Below, piece after piece: positions 28,623 through 40,567 of a stretch of DNA of 64,000 nucleotides. The position numbers and the translations under genes are program-made. The stretch's first letter is position 1, and each line of letters opens with the position of its first letter. This DNA is from Myxococcota bacterium. GTDB lineage: Bacteria > Myxococcota_A > Polyangia > Polyangiales > Houyiibacteriaceae. The notes under the pieces were generated by a model. That model searched no databases and had not been told where the DNA came from. It saw only the letters and a list, made by a program, of their open reading frames with translations. The stretch is taken from NCBI GenBank assembly GCA_039030515.1, contig JBCCEA010000009.1:1-64000 (forward strand). The letters run 5' to 3'.

Positions 28623-30920
28623 TTGGACGATGGTGGTGGGCTGAACGTGTCTCGATCGAACCGGAGCAAGGGCGCGAAACGAGCAACTGGCGACACCGGC
28701 GCCTCTGATCGGGTGCCGACCGATTCAAATGGATTTGGCACCTTTGCCGGAGTCTTCACCCCCTCGATCCTCACAATTCTGGGCGTTGTGATGTATCTGA
28801 GGGTCGGTTGGGCAACGGGTCAGGTAGGCCTGGTGGGAATGCTTGTCATCGTGCTGATCTCCCATTTGATCTCGATCGCAACCGGGCTCAGCGTGAGTTC
28901 CATAGCGACCAACCGCACCGTCGGAGTGGGAGGGGCCTATTACATGGTGAGTCGAGCACTGGGTGCCCCGGTTGGGGGCGCAGTCGGCATCCCTCTGTTC
29001 TTTGCCCAGGCACTCAGCGTCACCTTTTATATCGTCGGCTTTACTGAATCCGTGCTTCATCTAATGCCGGCAGAATTTCAAACCTGGTCAGTCGGGGCTG
29101 CAATAAGCACCATTGTCAATATCATTTTGACTTCCGTCAGTCTGAAAAGCGCAGAGCTTGCAATTAAAACGCAGTATTTCGTTATGGCCGCTATTGGGCT
29201 GTCTTTACTCGCGTTCTTTACCGGTACTCGGGAGGCGTTCCCACAGGAACCCGTAGTCTTCAATGCCGACGGGGCATCTTTTTCTGAGGTTTTTGCAGTC
29301 TTCTTTCCTGCGGTCACTGGAATCATGGCCGGCGTCAGTATGAGCGGAGACTTGAGGGAACCTCGAACGGCAATCCCGGTAGGAACCATGTCCGCAGTCT
29401 TTGTAGGATTGGTTATCTATCTAGCGGTCCCGGTATGGCTCGCATTCAACGCCACCGGCGAGGAGCTCATTTCGAATACCTCCATTTTTTTTGAGATCGC
29501 GTCACTACCACCCTTGATTTATGGAGGAATCTGGGGTGCCACCCTATCGAGCGCACTCGGTAGCATTCTCACAGCGCCCCGCACGATGCAGGCGTTGTCC
29601 CTAGACGGTCTGATGCCTGAGTTTCTCGGCAAAGGATATGGCGTCAACCGGGAACCGCGAATCGGCACGCTGGTTACGTTCGGACTCGCTCAGATTGGCA
29701 TCCTTTTGGGCAGCCTCGATGCGATCGCTCCCGTACTCACCATGTTCTTCCTGGTGACTTACGGTGTAACCAACTTAGCTTGTGGACTTGAAAAGTGGGC
29801 CGCGAATCCTAGTTTTCGTCCTTCTTTTCAAGTTCCGGCCCCCGTGAGCCTCGCCGGAGGTGTCGCTTGTTTCTACGTGATGAGCATTATCGACCTGCCC
29901 GCGATGGTGGCTGCGATGGTGTTTTGCGGGGCGATCTTTCTCTATGTATCGAGGAGAACGCTAGGGACGACCTGGGGCGACGCGCGGCACGGAATGTGGG
30001 CGGCCCTAGTACGAACGGCCTTGCTTGCGCTGAGGCGCGCCGCGTTCCACCCGCAAAACTGGCGTCCAAATATGATTCTTCTCGGAGGCAACCCCGACAA
30101 ACGCGGTTATTTACTTCAGCTGGGAAGCGCGATCGTTCAGGACCGTGGAATCGTAACCTATTTTCACCTACTCCGCGGAAATGTTGCCGAACTAGCTGCT
30201 GAACGCAAAGACCTTCTCGAAAGCTATGAGAGAGAGACTGCGGAGGACTACCCGAACGTATTCTATCGGGTAGACGTCGTTGAAGATATCTATCGGGGCG
30301 TGGTGCAGGTGTCACAATCTTACGGAATGGGAAGCTTCGAAGCCAATTCCGTAATGCTCGGCTGGCCCAAAAAGGTAGAGCGTGGCGAAGACTACGTGCA
30401 CATGCTGCGCGACCTCGTCAAACTCGACCGATCCCTTTTGCTGGTCAAGCATGACGACGACAGCGGCGCTGACGTTTGCAAGCGAATCCATATCTGGTGG
30501 GGCGGACTCAAGGGCAATGGGGGTTTGATGCTCCTGCTCGCATATCTGATCACCAACCACCATCGATGGCGGAGCGCAAACGTTGAAGTGCTTACTGTCG
30601 TGAAAGACAGCAACAATGTGACCTCCGCAGAACGCAACCTTCGGCGACTGCTCGCTTCGGCAAGACTGAACGCAACTGCAAGCGTGATTCCGAGAAACGG
30701 TAGAGAGATCCCTGAGATTATGAGCGAGCACAGCAAAGACGCTGACTTGGCCATCGTGGGCATTCGTCTGCCTCAAGTCGGTGAATCGGTCACCCCCTTC
30801 TACGAACGCATGAACACCATCTTGGAAGGACTACCGACAACCATCTTGGTGCACAGCGCACGGACCTTTGAGGGGGAGCCCGTGCTCTTTGATGAACCTC
30901 AAAAGCGATCTGGAGGCTGA
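28623..30920 (+). CDS. SLC12/cation-chloride-cotransporter-like APC transporter
   Basis: 'GVFTPSILTILGVVMYLR', 'FFPAVTGIMAG', 'PSFRPSF', 'NWRPN', and a cytosolic CCC-type C-terminal domain 'HIWWGG...GGLMLLLAYLI'. Confidence 0.88.
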   Translation: MDDGGGLNVSRSNRSKGAKRATGDTGASDRVPTDSNGFGTFAGVFTPSILTILGVVMYLRVGWATGQVGLVGMLVIVLISHLISIATGLSVSSIATNRTVGVGGAYYMVSRALGAPVGGAVGIPLFFAQALSVTFYIVGFTESVLHLMPAEFQTWSVGAAISTIVNIILTSVSLKSAELAIKTQYFVMAAIGLSLLAFFTGTREAFPQEPVVFNADGASFSEVFAVFFPAVTGIMAGVSMSGDLREPRTAIPVGTMSAVFVGLVIYLAVPVWLAFNATGEELISNTSIFFEIASLPPLIYGGIWGATLSSALGSILTAPRTMQALSLDGLMPEFLGKGYGVNREPRIGTLVTFGLAQIGILLGSLDAIAPVLTMFFLVTYGVTNLACGLEKWAANPSFRPSFQVPAPVSLAGGVACFYVMSIIDLPAMVAAMVFCGAIFLYVSRRTLGTTWGDARHGMWAALVRTALLALRRAAFHPQNWRPNMILLGGNPDKRGYLLQLGSAIVQDRGIVTYFHLLRGNVAELAAERKDLLESYERETAEDYPNVFYRVDVVEDIYRGVVQVSQSYGMGSFEANSVMLGWPKKVERGEDYVHMLRDLVKLDRSLLLVKHDDDSGADVCKRIHIWWGGLKGNGGLMLLLAYLITNHHRWRSANVEVLTVVKDSNNVTSAERNLRRLLASARLNATASVIPRNGREIPEIMSEHSKDADLAIVGIRLPQVGESVTPFYERMNTILEGLPTTILVHSARTFEGEPVLFDEPQKRSGG

Positions 30921-31082
30921 TCTACCCATCTTCGTGAACCGTAGCGATCGACCTACCTACCGAGAGCCGGTTGTTCCGAAGTCCTCAAAAGCGCACGTCC
31001 CAGCGTCGACGAGGAGAGCGACACGGTAGTCGGGGCGAGGGATGAGCTTGCGTGCCCAATGTCGAGAGCATAGACGAGCTCG

Positions 31083-32672
31083 ATGTCGCAAGGGTTGTTC
31101 ATCAGGCAGTGGCCGTTCAGACAGCGGCGGGGGGGCTGCCCGGTCTCAGGAACCACTTGGATTTTGGCAGGGTCGCTTGCGAGCTGTCTGGTGCTTGGGT
31201 GCGGCCCGAACGACGCTGAGGAGGCACATGAACAAGACGTGTCGCCTACCGACAGCGCTGATGAAGTCTCGCCTACCGACAGCGCTGGTGAAGCACACCA
31301 AGCATCGCTCAAGGGAGCGGAACGAGATGCGCCGACCCACGGTTCCCTGGCGAACCGCCCGTCAACCGTCGCACCCAATCCTGAAGAGTGGCCCCTGGTC
31401 GGACGCGTGAGCGGAGTACAGCTCCGCATTCATCGCCGGCCACAAACAAACGCGCCCATTGAGGGCGTGCTGCGGCTTGGCGCATACATCCGAATGAAAG
31501 CGAAGAGGCATCGGACCCCTACCTGTGCGACGGGATGGATGGCCGTTTACCCCAAAGGATACGCCTGTGCCGGACAAGGGATCGAAACGCTCTCAGCGGG
31601 TGTGGAGAACCTTGAAGTCTCCCGTTCAAATCGAGTTTCCGATCTGCCCTACGATTACTTCAAGGTAAAACAGGCACGAACCGCCGAATATTTTAGGCCA
31701 CCCACCGACGAGGAATGGAGGCGCACATGGGCGTATGCCCGCCGTTTGGGCGAACTCGAAGACGAGCAGAGTCCACGGCTTTCGTCTTTCCTGCGAGGAG
31801 AACTCAAGTCGGAGCCGATTCGTCCGGGTGTAGTCAGCAGATTTCTCGACCGCGGCTTTCATGTCGCCATCACCAAAGGTGCAGAGCAGCGTGGTGCGTT
31901 CATTCGAACCATCCGAGGCGGTTATATTTGGAAGGAGCGACTAGTTCCCCGCAGCAACTCTACGTTCCAAGGAGTTGAGCTCAAGGGCGAGCGGACGCTA
32001 CCGATGGCATGGATGAGACGCACTGCGAGACCGCGACACCAGAGACGACGCGCTGACGGGACGATGCGCTGGGCCGAACACCCAAACTGGGAACCGATAC
32101 CTCGTCAAACCGTGTTGGACAATTGGTTGGGGCGAGAACGAAGCGATGGCCGAACCGTCCATCGGTTGGAGGGAGATCGCTTTCTTCTTGCCTGGTTTGT
32201 CGGAGTCAGCGAGCGCGTTCCGGAAAGAATATTTCGTCGTTACAATTTCGGCAGCGAAGAACTATGGGTTCACGTGGACCGCTCGGAGCAGACTCTAGTC
32301 GCCTACCGTGGGGCCACACCACTATTTTCCACCCTAGTCTCGACGGGAGTAGACGGTCACGAAACCCCCTTGGGAATGTTTCGAGTTCAAAAAAAACGCA
32401 TCACCGCCACTATGTCGAATCTAGGTCCCGAAGCCGGAGACGACCGATATCGCATCGAAGATGTGCCGTGGACTCAGTACTTTGAAGGAAGCCTTGCACT
32501 GCACGGAGCGTTCTGGCACGAGCGTTTTGGACTACGCCAAAGCCACGGTTGCATCAACCTCTCCCCCGCAGACGCCCGGCGTTTGTTCGATCTGACGCAA
32601 CCTGAAGTTCCGAGCGGTTGGCACGGAGTCAATACGCGTGATGACGGAACCCGTATTCTCATCAGCGAATAA
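31083..32672 (+). CDS. L,D-transpeptidase (YkuD) family lipoprotein
   Basis: Lipobox 'VLGC'; 'VSTG...TPLGMF', 'LHGAFWH...SHGCINL'. Contains a 27-bp coding duplication (31242-31293). Confidence 0.9.
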   Translation: MSQGLFIRQWPFRQRRGGCPVSGTTWILAGSLASCLVLGCGPNDAEEAHEQDVSPTDSADEVSPTDSAGEAHQASLKGAERDAPTHGSLANRPSTVAPNPEEWPLVGRVSGVQLRIHRRPQTNAPIEGVLRLGAYIRMKAKRHRTPTCATGWMAVYPKGYACAGQGIETLSAGVENLEVSRSNRVSDLPYDYFKVKQARTAEYFRPPTDEEWRRTWAYARRLGELEDEQSPRLSSFLRGELKSEPIRPGVVSRFLDRGFHVAITKGAEQRGAFIRTIRGGYIWKERLVPRSNSTFQGVELKGERTLPMAWMRRTARPRHQRRRADGTMRWAEHPNWEPIPRQTVLDNWLGRERSDGRTVHRLEGDRFLLAWFVGVSERVPERIFRRYNFGSEELWVHVDRSEQTLVAYRGATPLFSTLVSTGVDGHETPLGMFRVQKKRITATMSNLGPEAGDDRYRIEDVPWTQYFEGSLALHGAFWHERFGLRQSHGCINLSPADARRLFDLTQPEVPSGWHGVNTRDDGTRILISE

Positions 32673-32689
32673 ATAGAGTTCTATCTAAC

Positions 32690-33292
32690 CTAAGTCTCGA
32701 TCAGACCCAACGAGGCGAGGTCTTCTCGAATCGCAGGAATGCCTCCTGCGCCCAAATGAAGCGAATCCATACCTGCCCTAAGAGCAGCCTCACAATTCTG
32801 CATTCGATCATCGATAAAGACACACGACTGAGGAGGTAGACGAAGATGATCCGCCGCATGAAAGAAAAACCGCAGGTCCGGTTTTCGTAGGCCCATCTCG
32901 CAAGAGACGAAAGACCAGTTTAGGTAGCGAGAGAGACCGATACGTCGCTCAATCCGTCGGTACCAGTTCGGATAGTTGGAGCATGCATGCATTTCGATTC
33001 CATGTTTTTGCATCTCCACTAACGTTTCTTGGGCTCCCGGCAAGAACTCATAGGCGTGCTCCACCGTCTCAGAAAATGCACCGAAGTCGAATACCCGACG
33101 GTCTGAAAAGAACTTCGTCAAGAACTCCTCCTCAGAGATCAAACCAAGCTCGAAGTCGATCCAGGCAAAACGATCTTTAGACTGCAGCATTTCGTCAAAG
33201 TTCATGCCAAAAAATGCCGGCATCACGGAGTGGAAGGGATCACGCACTAGGGTCCCCATCACGTCCCATAAGACCACCTTTCGCGCGCTCAC
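32690..33292 (-). CDS. HAD-superfamily phosphatase (FMN-hydrolase-like)
   Basis: 'WDVMGTLVRDPF', 'CSNY', 'RKPD', 'FIDDR...N'. Start overlaps the upstream stop (GTGA). Confidence 0.88.
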   Translation of the reverse strand: MSARKVVLWDVMGTLVRDPFHSVMPAFFGMNFDEMLQSKDRFAWIDFELGLISEEEFLTKFFSDRRVFDFGAFSETVEHAYEFLPGAQETLVEMQKHGIEMHACSNYPNWYRRIERRIGLSRYLNWSFVSCEMGLRKPDLRFFFHAADHLRLPPQSCVFIDDRMQNCEAALRAGMDSLHLGAGGIPAIREDLASLGLIET

Positions 33293-35910
33293 TCTGCTAC
33301 CCCTTCTTGGAGATTCGCCGAATCACAACCTACCGCCGAATCACTACCTACCAGAGCACTCTGACTTATCGACGCCGAAGAAGCGCTTAACCCGTGACGT
33401 CGCAACTTGCTGGAAAAGGTCGAACGTGGAAGCTCGAGCAGAGAGGCGGCGCGACGCCTGTCGCCATGCGCCCTGACGAGCGCGTACTCCAAGACCTGTC
33501 GCTCAATGGTCTCGAATGTAGCGGCAAACGGATCACCGAGGGTATTGCCGCTACTGCGCATCAAGCGAGGCAAGTCTGAAGCAAGAACCCTGACGGCCCC
33601 CAGAGGTTTCTCCTCGTTTCCCGATAGTGCGGTCTTCGAAGCGGTCAGCCGTTGCTCCGAGCGCCGCACCGCACTGTAAAGAATCAGCAACAACTCATCG
33701 AGATTTCCGGCCCACTCATGCTCCAGAAGTACCTTGAGTGCCTCGGAGTCGATCCCTCGGATACTCACTCCCGACACCCGACACACGTGATCGAGTGCGA
33801 AAAGAGTCAACGACGGAAGGTCTTCTCGCCTTTCGCGCAAGGGGGGCACCTCGATGATAGAGGACTGAAACCAGCGGGCAAGATCGGGATGCGCAGCACC
33901 TGACTGCACGAGTTTGTCCAGAGAAACTGCAGAAGTAGCCACCAAACGCACATCGATGGGAAACGCTTGCGCTGCGTGGAGGGGACGCAGCAGCCGGGTC
34001 GCGAGAACCGCTGCAAGTTCCTGCTGAATCGAACACGAGAGGGCACCGATATTCCTTAAGACCAAAGTGCCCCCGCTGGCGATTCTCAAACACCCGGTCT
34101 CGGATTCTGAGCCGAAGAGTCTTTGGGTGATCTGATCTTCTTGCATTTGTGCGCATGACACGAAAATACAAGACTCATCACAATGTTCGCTGACTTGATG
34201 AAAACGGCCGGCAACCGAATCGAGTTCTGTACCGAATTCTCCGTGTAAGAATACAGGAGCCAAGTCGCGGGTCACCTTTTCAAGCCTGGTCTCAAGCCGC
34301 CTCATCACTGCGCTGTACGCTACGAGAGGCCAAACAAAGGGAGCTTCTTGCTTCGAGGAACGGCGGAGTATCTCAATTCTCAAGCCGAGCTCTGCCACCT
34401 GATCTTGCGTGGCTTCGAGCCAACCGGACTGCCTACTCATATGCGCTCTAAGCTCAGATTCCCGCAGTTCGCTCCTCATCCTGGCTCCGATAAGACTGAG
34501 TGAAGACGCCAAACGGTCGGATAGCAGACGGAGTTCGTGTAACTCCTCAAACGACATTGGAGCTGAACGGTTTCCTCTGGGGATCACCACTGCTCCTTCG
34601 ATCGACTCTCCATCTATTGAGAGGGGAAGAACACAGAAGGCTTCCAGCGATAGAAGAGCCTCCACCACAGCACGTAGATCCGGTCGTCGCACTACCTGCG
34701 CCGCGAGTCGAGATGTCACGAGGATCTCGCGCGGTCTTTGAGTAAAAACATCAGCAAGTGCCGGTGAAATGGACGCATCGCGGACTCGGACGCCGCCTGA
34801 AGCATCGATCTCAACCACCCGAGGTGGCTGAGCAAGGTAGAGTAGCGGCGCCGCCCGGTGAACACCACTGGCGCGCCGAAGTGCAGGCAAAATCTGACTG
34901 CCCAATGCGTCTAAGCCTGAAGTCACCGAGGAGTCAGCGAGAAACCGACGAACTTCGTGGAGCAATCGGCCTCCGTGAGGACGCAAAACCCTCCCTAGGG
35001 GACTCCATAGGATTCGATAGCAGCTCCATCCTGCAAGGAGGACTAGGGAGATATAAAGTGCAATTACTTGAGCGGTCCAGGCGATCGGAGGACCCACGAA
35101 TTTTAGCCCCAGCGTGCAACATAAAATCGTTGCACTCGCAGCGACCATCTGGCGCGTGAACGGAGCTGCCCGAAGTCGATGCCTGCGATCCACTAGGAGG
35201 ACATGGGTTGCGAGCAGGGCAAGCACGACAACTGAGGCTCCAACTCGGACCCATGGTGGCGCCGGATGGCTTACCGGACGTGTAAATAAGAGAATCAACG
35301 AAAACACCGCCGCTGGGGTCAGGCCTAGAATGCCCCACAAATTGTCGGCAAGGTGCTCTGGCGGGCTTCGCAGGTGTGGCCTCACAAACCGTGCGATCCA
35401 ACCCAACAAAACGGACGCAAAGAGAAAACACAAGGGCGCCCATCGACCGGCTGCTGGAAACACCCAAAGCGACTCACCCAAGCGTAGGGTTGGCACAACC
35501 GCAGCGAGTCCCCAGGCAAAGCAGAGCATCCCCGCCGGCAGCGGCATCCGGGCTATGGTCCCAAGCGGCTTTGGAGAATCGGGAACACGAAGAGCAGCTT
35601 CCAGTATCAAGACCCCGCAAAGTATCGGTGCAAGAACTCGGAACACCTCCACAGCGAGCGAGGGAGACAAGTGCGCCCCGCCTGCGAGGAGCATAAACCC
35701 GAGTGCGACTCCAAGAGCGGCAACGTATCTCGGACCTCGCGCTTCACCTCGCCCGTGTACAATGAATGGAATCCAGGAACAGGCGAAGGCAGCGAGCAAT
35801 ACGACGATGTCGATAGAGTTGAGTAGCTCTGCGCGCACGGATATTGAATCCGCGGCAAGGTAAATGATCGTAGCTGGTCCGAGGAGCTGTAGCGTCCGAG
35901 CTTGACTCAT
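33289..35910 (-). CDS. Membrane-bound, degenerate sigma54-activator-like regulator (multi-TM, GAF-like, AAA+-like, Fis HTH)
   Basis: About 9 TMs; AAA remnants 'IDVRLVATS', 'VPPLRERREDLP', 'WAGNLDEL'; HTH 'ERQVLEYALVRAHGDRRRAASLLELPRSTFSSKLRRHG'. Confidence 0.85.
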   Translation of the reverse strand: MSQARTLQLLGPATIIYLAADSISVRAELLNSIDIVVLLAAFACSWIPFIVHGRGEARGPRYVAALGVALGFMLLAGGAHLSPSLAVEVFRVLAPILCGVLILEAALRVPDSPKPLGTIARMPLPAGMLCFAWGLAAVVPTLRLGESLWVFPAAGRWAPLCFLFASVLLGWIARFVRPHLRSPPEHLADNLWGILGLTPAAVFSLILLFTRPVSHPAPPWVRVGASVVVLALLATHVLLVDRRHRLRAAPFTRQMVAASATILCCTLGLKFVGPPIAWTAQVIALYISLVLLAGWSCYRILWSPLGRVLRPHGGRLLHEVRRFLADSSVTSGLDALGSQILPALRRASGVHRAAPLLYLAQPPRVVEIDASGGVRVRDASISPALADVFTQRPREILVTSRLAAQVVRRPDLRAVVEALLSLEAFCVLPLSIDGESIEGAVVIPRGNRSAPMSFEELHELRLLSDRLASSLSLIGARMRSELRESELRAHMSRQSGWLEATQDQVAELGLRIEILRRSSKQEAPFVWPLVAYSAVMRRLETRLEKVTRDLAPVFLHGEFGTELDSVAGRFHQVSEHCDESCIFVSCAQMQEDQITQRLFGSESETGCLRIASGGTLVLRNIGALSCSIQQELAAVLATRLLRPLHAAQAFPIDVRLVATSAVSLDKLVQSGAAHPDLARWFQSSIIEVPPLRERREDLPSLTLFALDHVCRVSGVSIRGIDSEALKVLLEHEWAGNLDELLLILYSAVRRSEQRLTASKTALSGNEEKPLGAVRVLASDLPRLMRSSGNTLGDPFAATFETIERQVLEYALVRAHGDRRRAASLLELPRSTFSSKLRRHGLSASSASISQSALVGSDSAVGCDSANLQEGVAE

Positions 35911-35922
35911 AACGAGCCGAGC

Positions 35923-36789
35923 TCAGCCGCTCAATGCCTCAGCGCCTCCAATGATCTCCACCAACTCCTTGGTGATCGCTGCTTGGCGGGCTCGATTGAA
36001 CTGCAGAGTGAGCTTGCCTATCATGTCGCCTGCGTTGCTCGTAGCCGCATCCATCGCGGTCATACGTGCCCCGTGCTCCGACGCTACCGACTCCAAGAGA
36101 GCACGGTAGATTTCGACTTCGACGTACATTGGAAGAAGCCTGTCGAGAAGCTGCTCTTTATCAGGCTCGTAGATAAAATCTCCAAGTCGGTCTTCTTCCA
36201 TTTCCATCGGTGCGATGGGAAGCAACTGTTCGACTATAACTTCTTGACTGATGGCGCTCTTGAACTGGTTGTACACGAGGTAGCAGGCATCAAGTCCTTC
36301 GCGAGAATATTCATCTACGATGTAGCGGCTCACCTCACGCGCTTTTTCAATGGATAAATTCTCGAGAACATCGGTGAACTCCTGCCGAATATCCGCATTT
36401 CGGCGTCGCAGATATTCACGGCCTTTGCGCCCGACAACTCCGAAGCAGACCTCAGCCGATCCCTCAAGACCGCGCCACTCCTGGTGTGCGCGCTTGTTCA
36501 CGTTGGCGTTGAACGCTCCGGCTAGGCCTCGATCGCTTGTCAGCACCACGAACATCGCGCGACGCACCTCGCGCTTCGCCAGCAGAGGATGGACCTCTTG
36601 ATCCTCGCCGCATCTGGCCGACACAGCGCTTAAAACCTCAAGTGTCTTCAGCGCATACGGTCGCAGCTCAACGATGTTTTGCTGGGCCTTTCGCAATCGG
36701 GCAGCGGCCACGAGCTTCATCGCTCGGGTGATCTTTTGAGTGCTCTTCACCGAAGCGATGCGCTTGCGTATGTCTTTAAGACTGGCCAT
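35923..36789 (-). CDS. atpG: ATP synthase F1 gamma subunit
   Basis: 'KITRAMKLVAAA', 'SDRGLAGAFN', 'ASEHGARMTAM', 'RQAAITKEL'. Confidence 0.98.
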   Translation of the reverse strand: MASLKDIRKRIASVKSTQKITRAMKLVAAARLRKAQQNIVELRPYALKTLEVLSAVSARCGEDQEVHPLLAKREVRRAMFVVLTSDRGLAGAFNANVNKRAHQEWRGLEGSAEVCFGVVGRKGREYLRRRNADIRQEFTDVLENLSIEKAREVSRYIVDEYSREGLDACYLVYNQFKSAISQEVIVEQLLPIAPMEMEEDRLGDFIYEPDKEQLLDRLLPMYVEVEIYRALLESVASEHGARMTAMDAATSNAGDMIGKLTLQFNRARQAAITKELVEIIGGAEALSG

Positions 36790-36791
36790 GG

Positions 36792-39062
<2,271 letters not shown>

Positions 39063-39066
<4 letters not shown>

Positions 39067-39797
39067 GCTCGCCCTCCCCCGCGAATCGAGGGACCCAACT
39101 GCGTTACGTAGGCCTCCGTAAGTCGCTGCTGGTCAAGCGGTGAGAGCTCCGAATGAAGGATTTCCTCCGCATGGCTTAGGGCAGCGACCACCGTTTCCTT
39201 GGTTAGTCGCTCTTGAATCTGTTTGAATTGCTGGGAAATCAAAAACTCCGCGTCGTTTCGCATTAGAGCGGACTTTGCCTCTGTCTCTTCAGAGATTCGC
39301 TGCCGTTCTGCTTCACCCGCACGTTTCGTTTCCGAACGAATGCGCTCTAGTTCCTGATCAAGAGCTCCGAGCTTCTGCTCGTACTCACGATGCATGCGCT
39401 CTGCTTCTTCGCGAAGACGTTTCGCTTCCTCGAGCTGATCGAAAATGGTTGCCCGGCGCTGTTTGAGGAACGCACTTAAGGGTCCGCGGGCGCCGTAATA
39501 GATGAGAAGCAGGAGGCATCCAAAATTGAATACCATTCCCTGAAAAGTCGTATCGCTGAACAGTTTTAGGAGTCGATCTCCCATGCTTGATTCGGGAGCG
39601 ATAGGCCCTGAAACGTGGGTGGAGCTCGATTCGTGAGCTTCGACTGCTGCCCCATGTCCTCCGACGTCTGCGCGAGCGGACAGGGCTGAGGAGAGCAGAG
39701 AACCAACCAAAACGAGGCCAAGCACGCATATGTGCACAGAGGCCGTCAAAAGCCGGCAAGCGGAGCTTAGGGGAGCGCGTTTTGATTCGAACCGCAT
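39063..39797 (-). CDS. atpF: ATP synthase F0 subunit b (N-terminally extended)
   Basis: Extra N-terminal hydrophobic/His-containing segment; TM 'VFNFGCLLLLIYYG'; coiled coil; operon position. Confidence 0.88.
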
Positions 39798-40279
39798 CAG
39801 GCGATCTCCCGTCCGAGAAGGGTGCTGACCACCTGCTTGGCGAGGTTCGGTACCGAGGCGTGCAGCACACTACGCGTCACTGCCGACTGTCGGTCGAGTT
39901 CTTTGCGCGTGTCGTCCACGAGAGCCTGGGTCTCGGAACGGACTTTTGCGAGTAGCGTCTGCTGCATCGCAAGACTTTCCTGAAGAAGTTGTTGTCGCTC
40001 AGCGGCTGCTTTTGCTCGAACGTCGACCAGCTTTTGCTCGAAAGCCGCCGCCTTTTCTTCTGAGTCTGCTCGGAGTCGCTCGGCTTCTTCTTTCGAACCG
40101 TCGATCGCTTGCTCTCGTGCTTCGAAAAGGGCGATCATGGGACGAAACACCGTCCAATTTAGAACGAGCATCGCCAAAAAGAACAACGCCGCCTGGATGA
40201 AGATGGTGCCGTCGACGTCGATCAGGGAGCCACCAGAAAGCAAGGTGGGTGACGTCAACAGATGGTATTGCGAAAGCAT
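39797..40279 (-). CDS. ATP synthase F0 subunit b'
   Basis: 'IDVDGTIFIQAALFF...LNWTVFRPM...EAREQAIDG'; coiled coil; first gene of the operon. Confidence 0.88.
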   Translation of the reverse strand: MLSQYHLLTSPTLLSGGSLIDVDGTIFIQAALFFLAMLVLNWTVFRPMIALFEAREQAIDGSKEEAERLRADSEEKAAAFEQKLVDVRAKAAAERQQLLQESLAMQQTLLAKVRSETQALVDDTRKELDRQSAVTRSVLHASVPNLAKQVVSTLLGREIA

Positions 40280-40362
40280 TACTTCCTCGCTCGTGGTACG
40301 AGATGCGATCTCTCTCGTCGCCTCGGCTGCGTTTCGCCAGATCGCGATTGTCGAGCCGGCGG

Positions 40363-40391
40363 GGCTTAGCAGCGCCTTTTGGCAACGTCAA
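40363..40391 (-). promoter_or_regulatory. Putative sigma70 promoter of the atp operon
   Basis: Minus strand TTGACG, 17 bp spacer, TAAGCC with an extended TG. Confidence 0.45.
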
Positions 40392-40567
40392 GGAACGACA
40401 GTCGACGTGTACGTTGGGTACGCAGGCGACTAGAATTAAGGGAGAAACGCTCTGCACGCTCTGTACCCCGACTCAGGGCATCTCGACTCCGGTTGGGACG
40501 CCCAAAGCTCAAAACCGAGAAGGTATGCAGAGATCAGAGTGCAACATTGATCCGGCGGTCAACCTGC

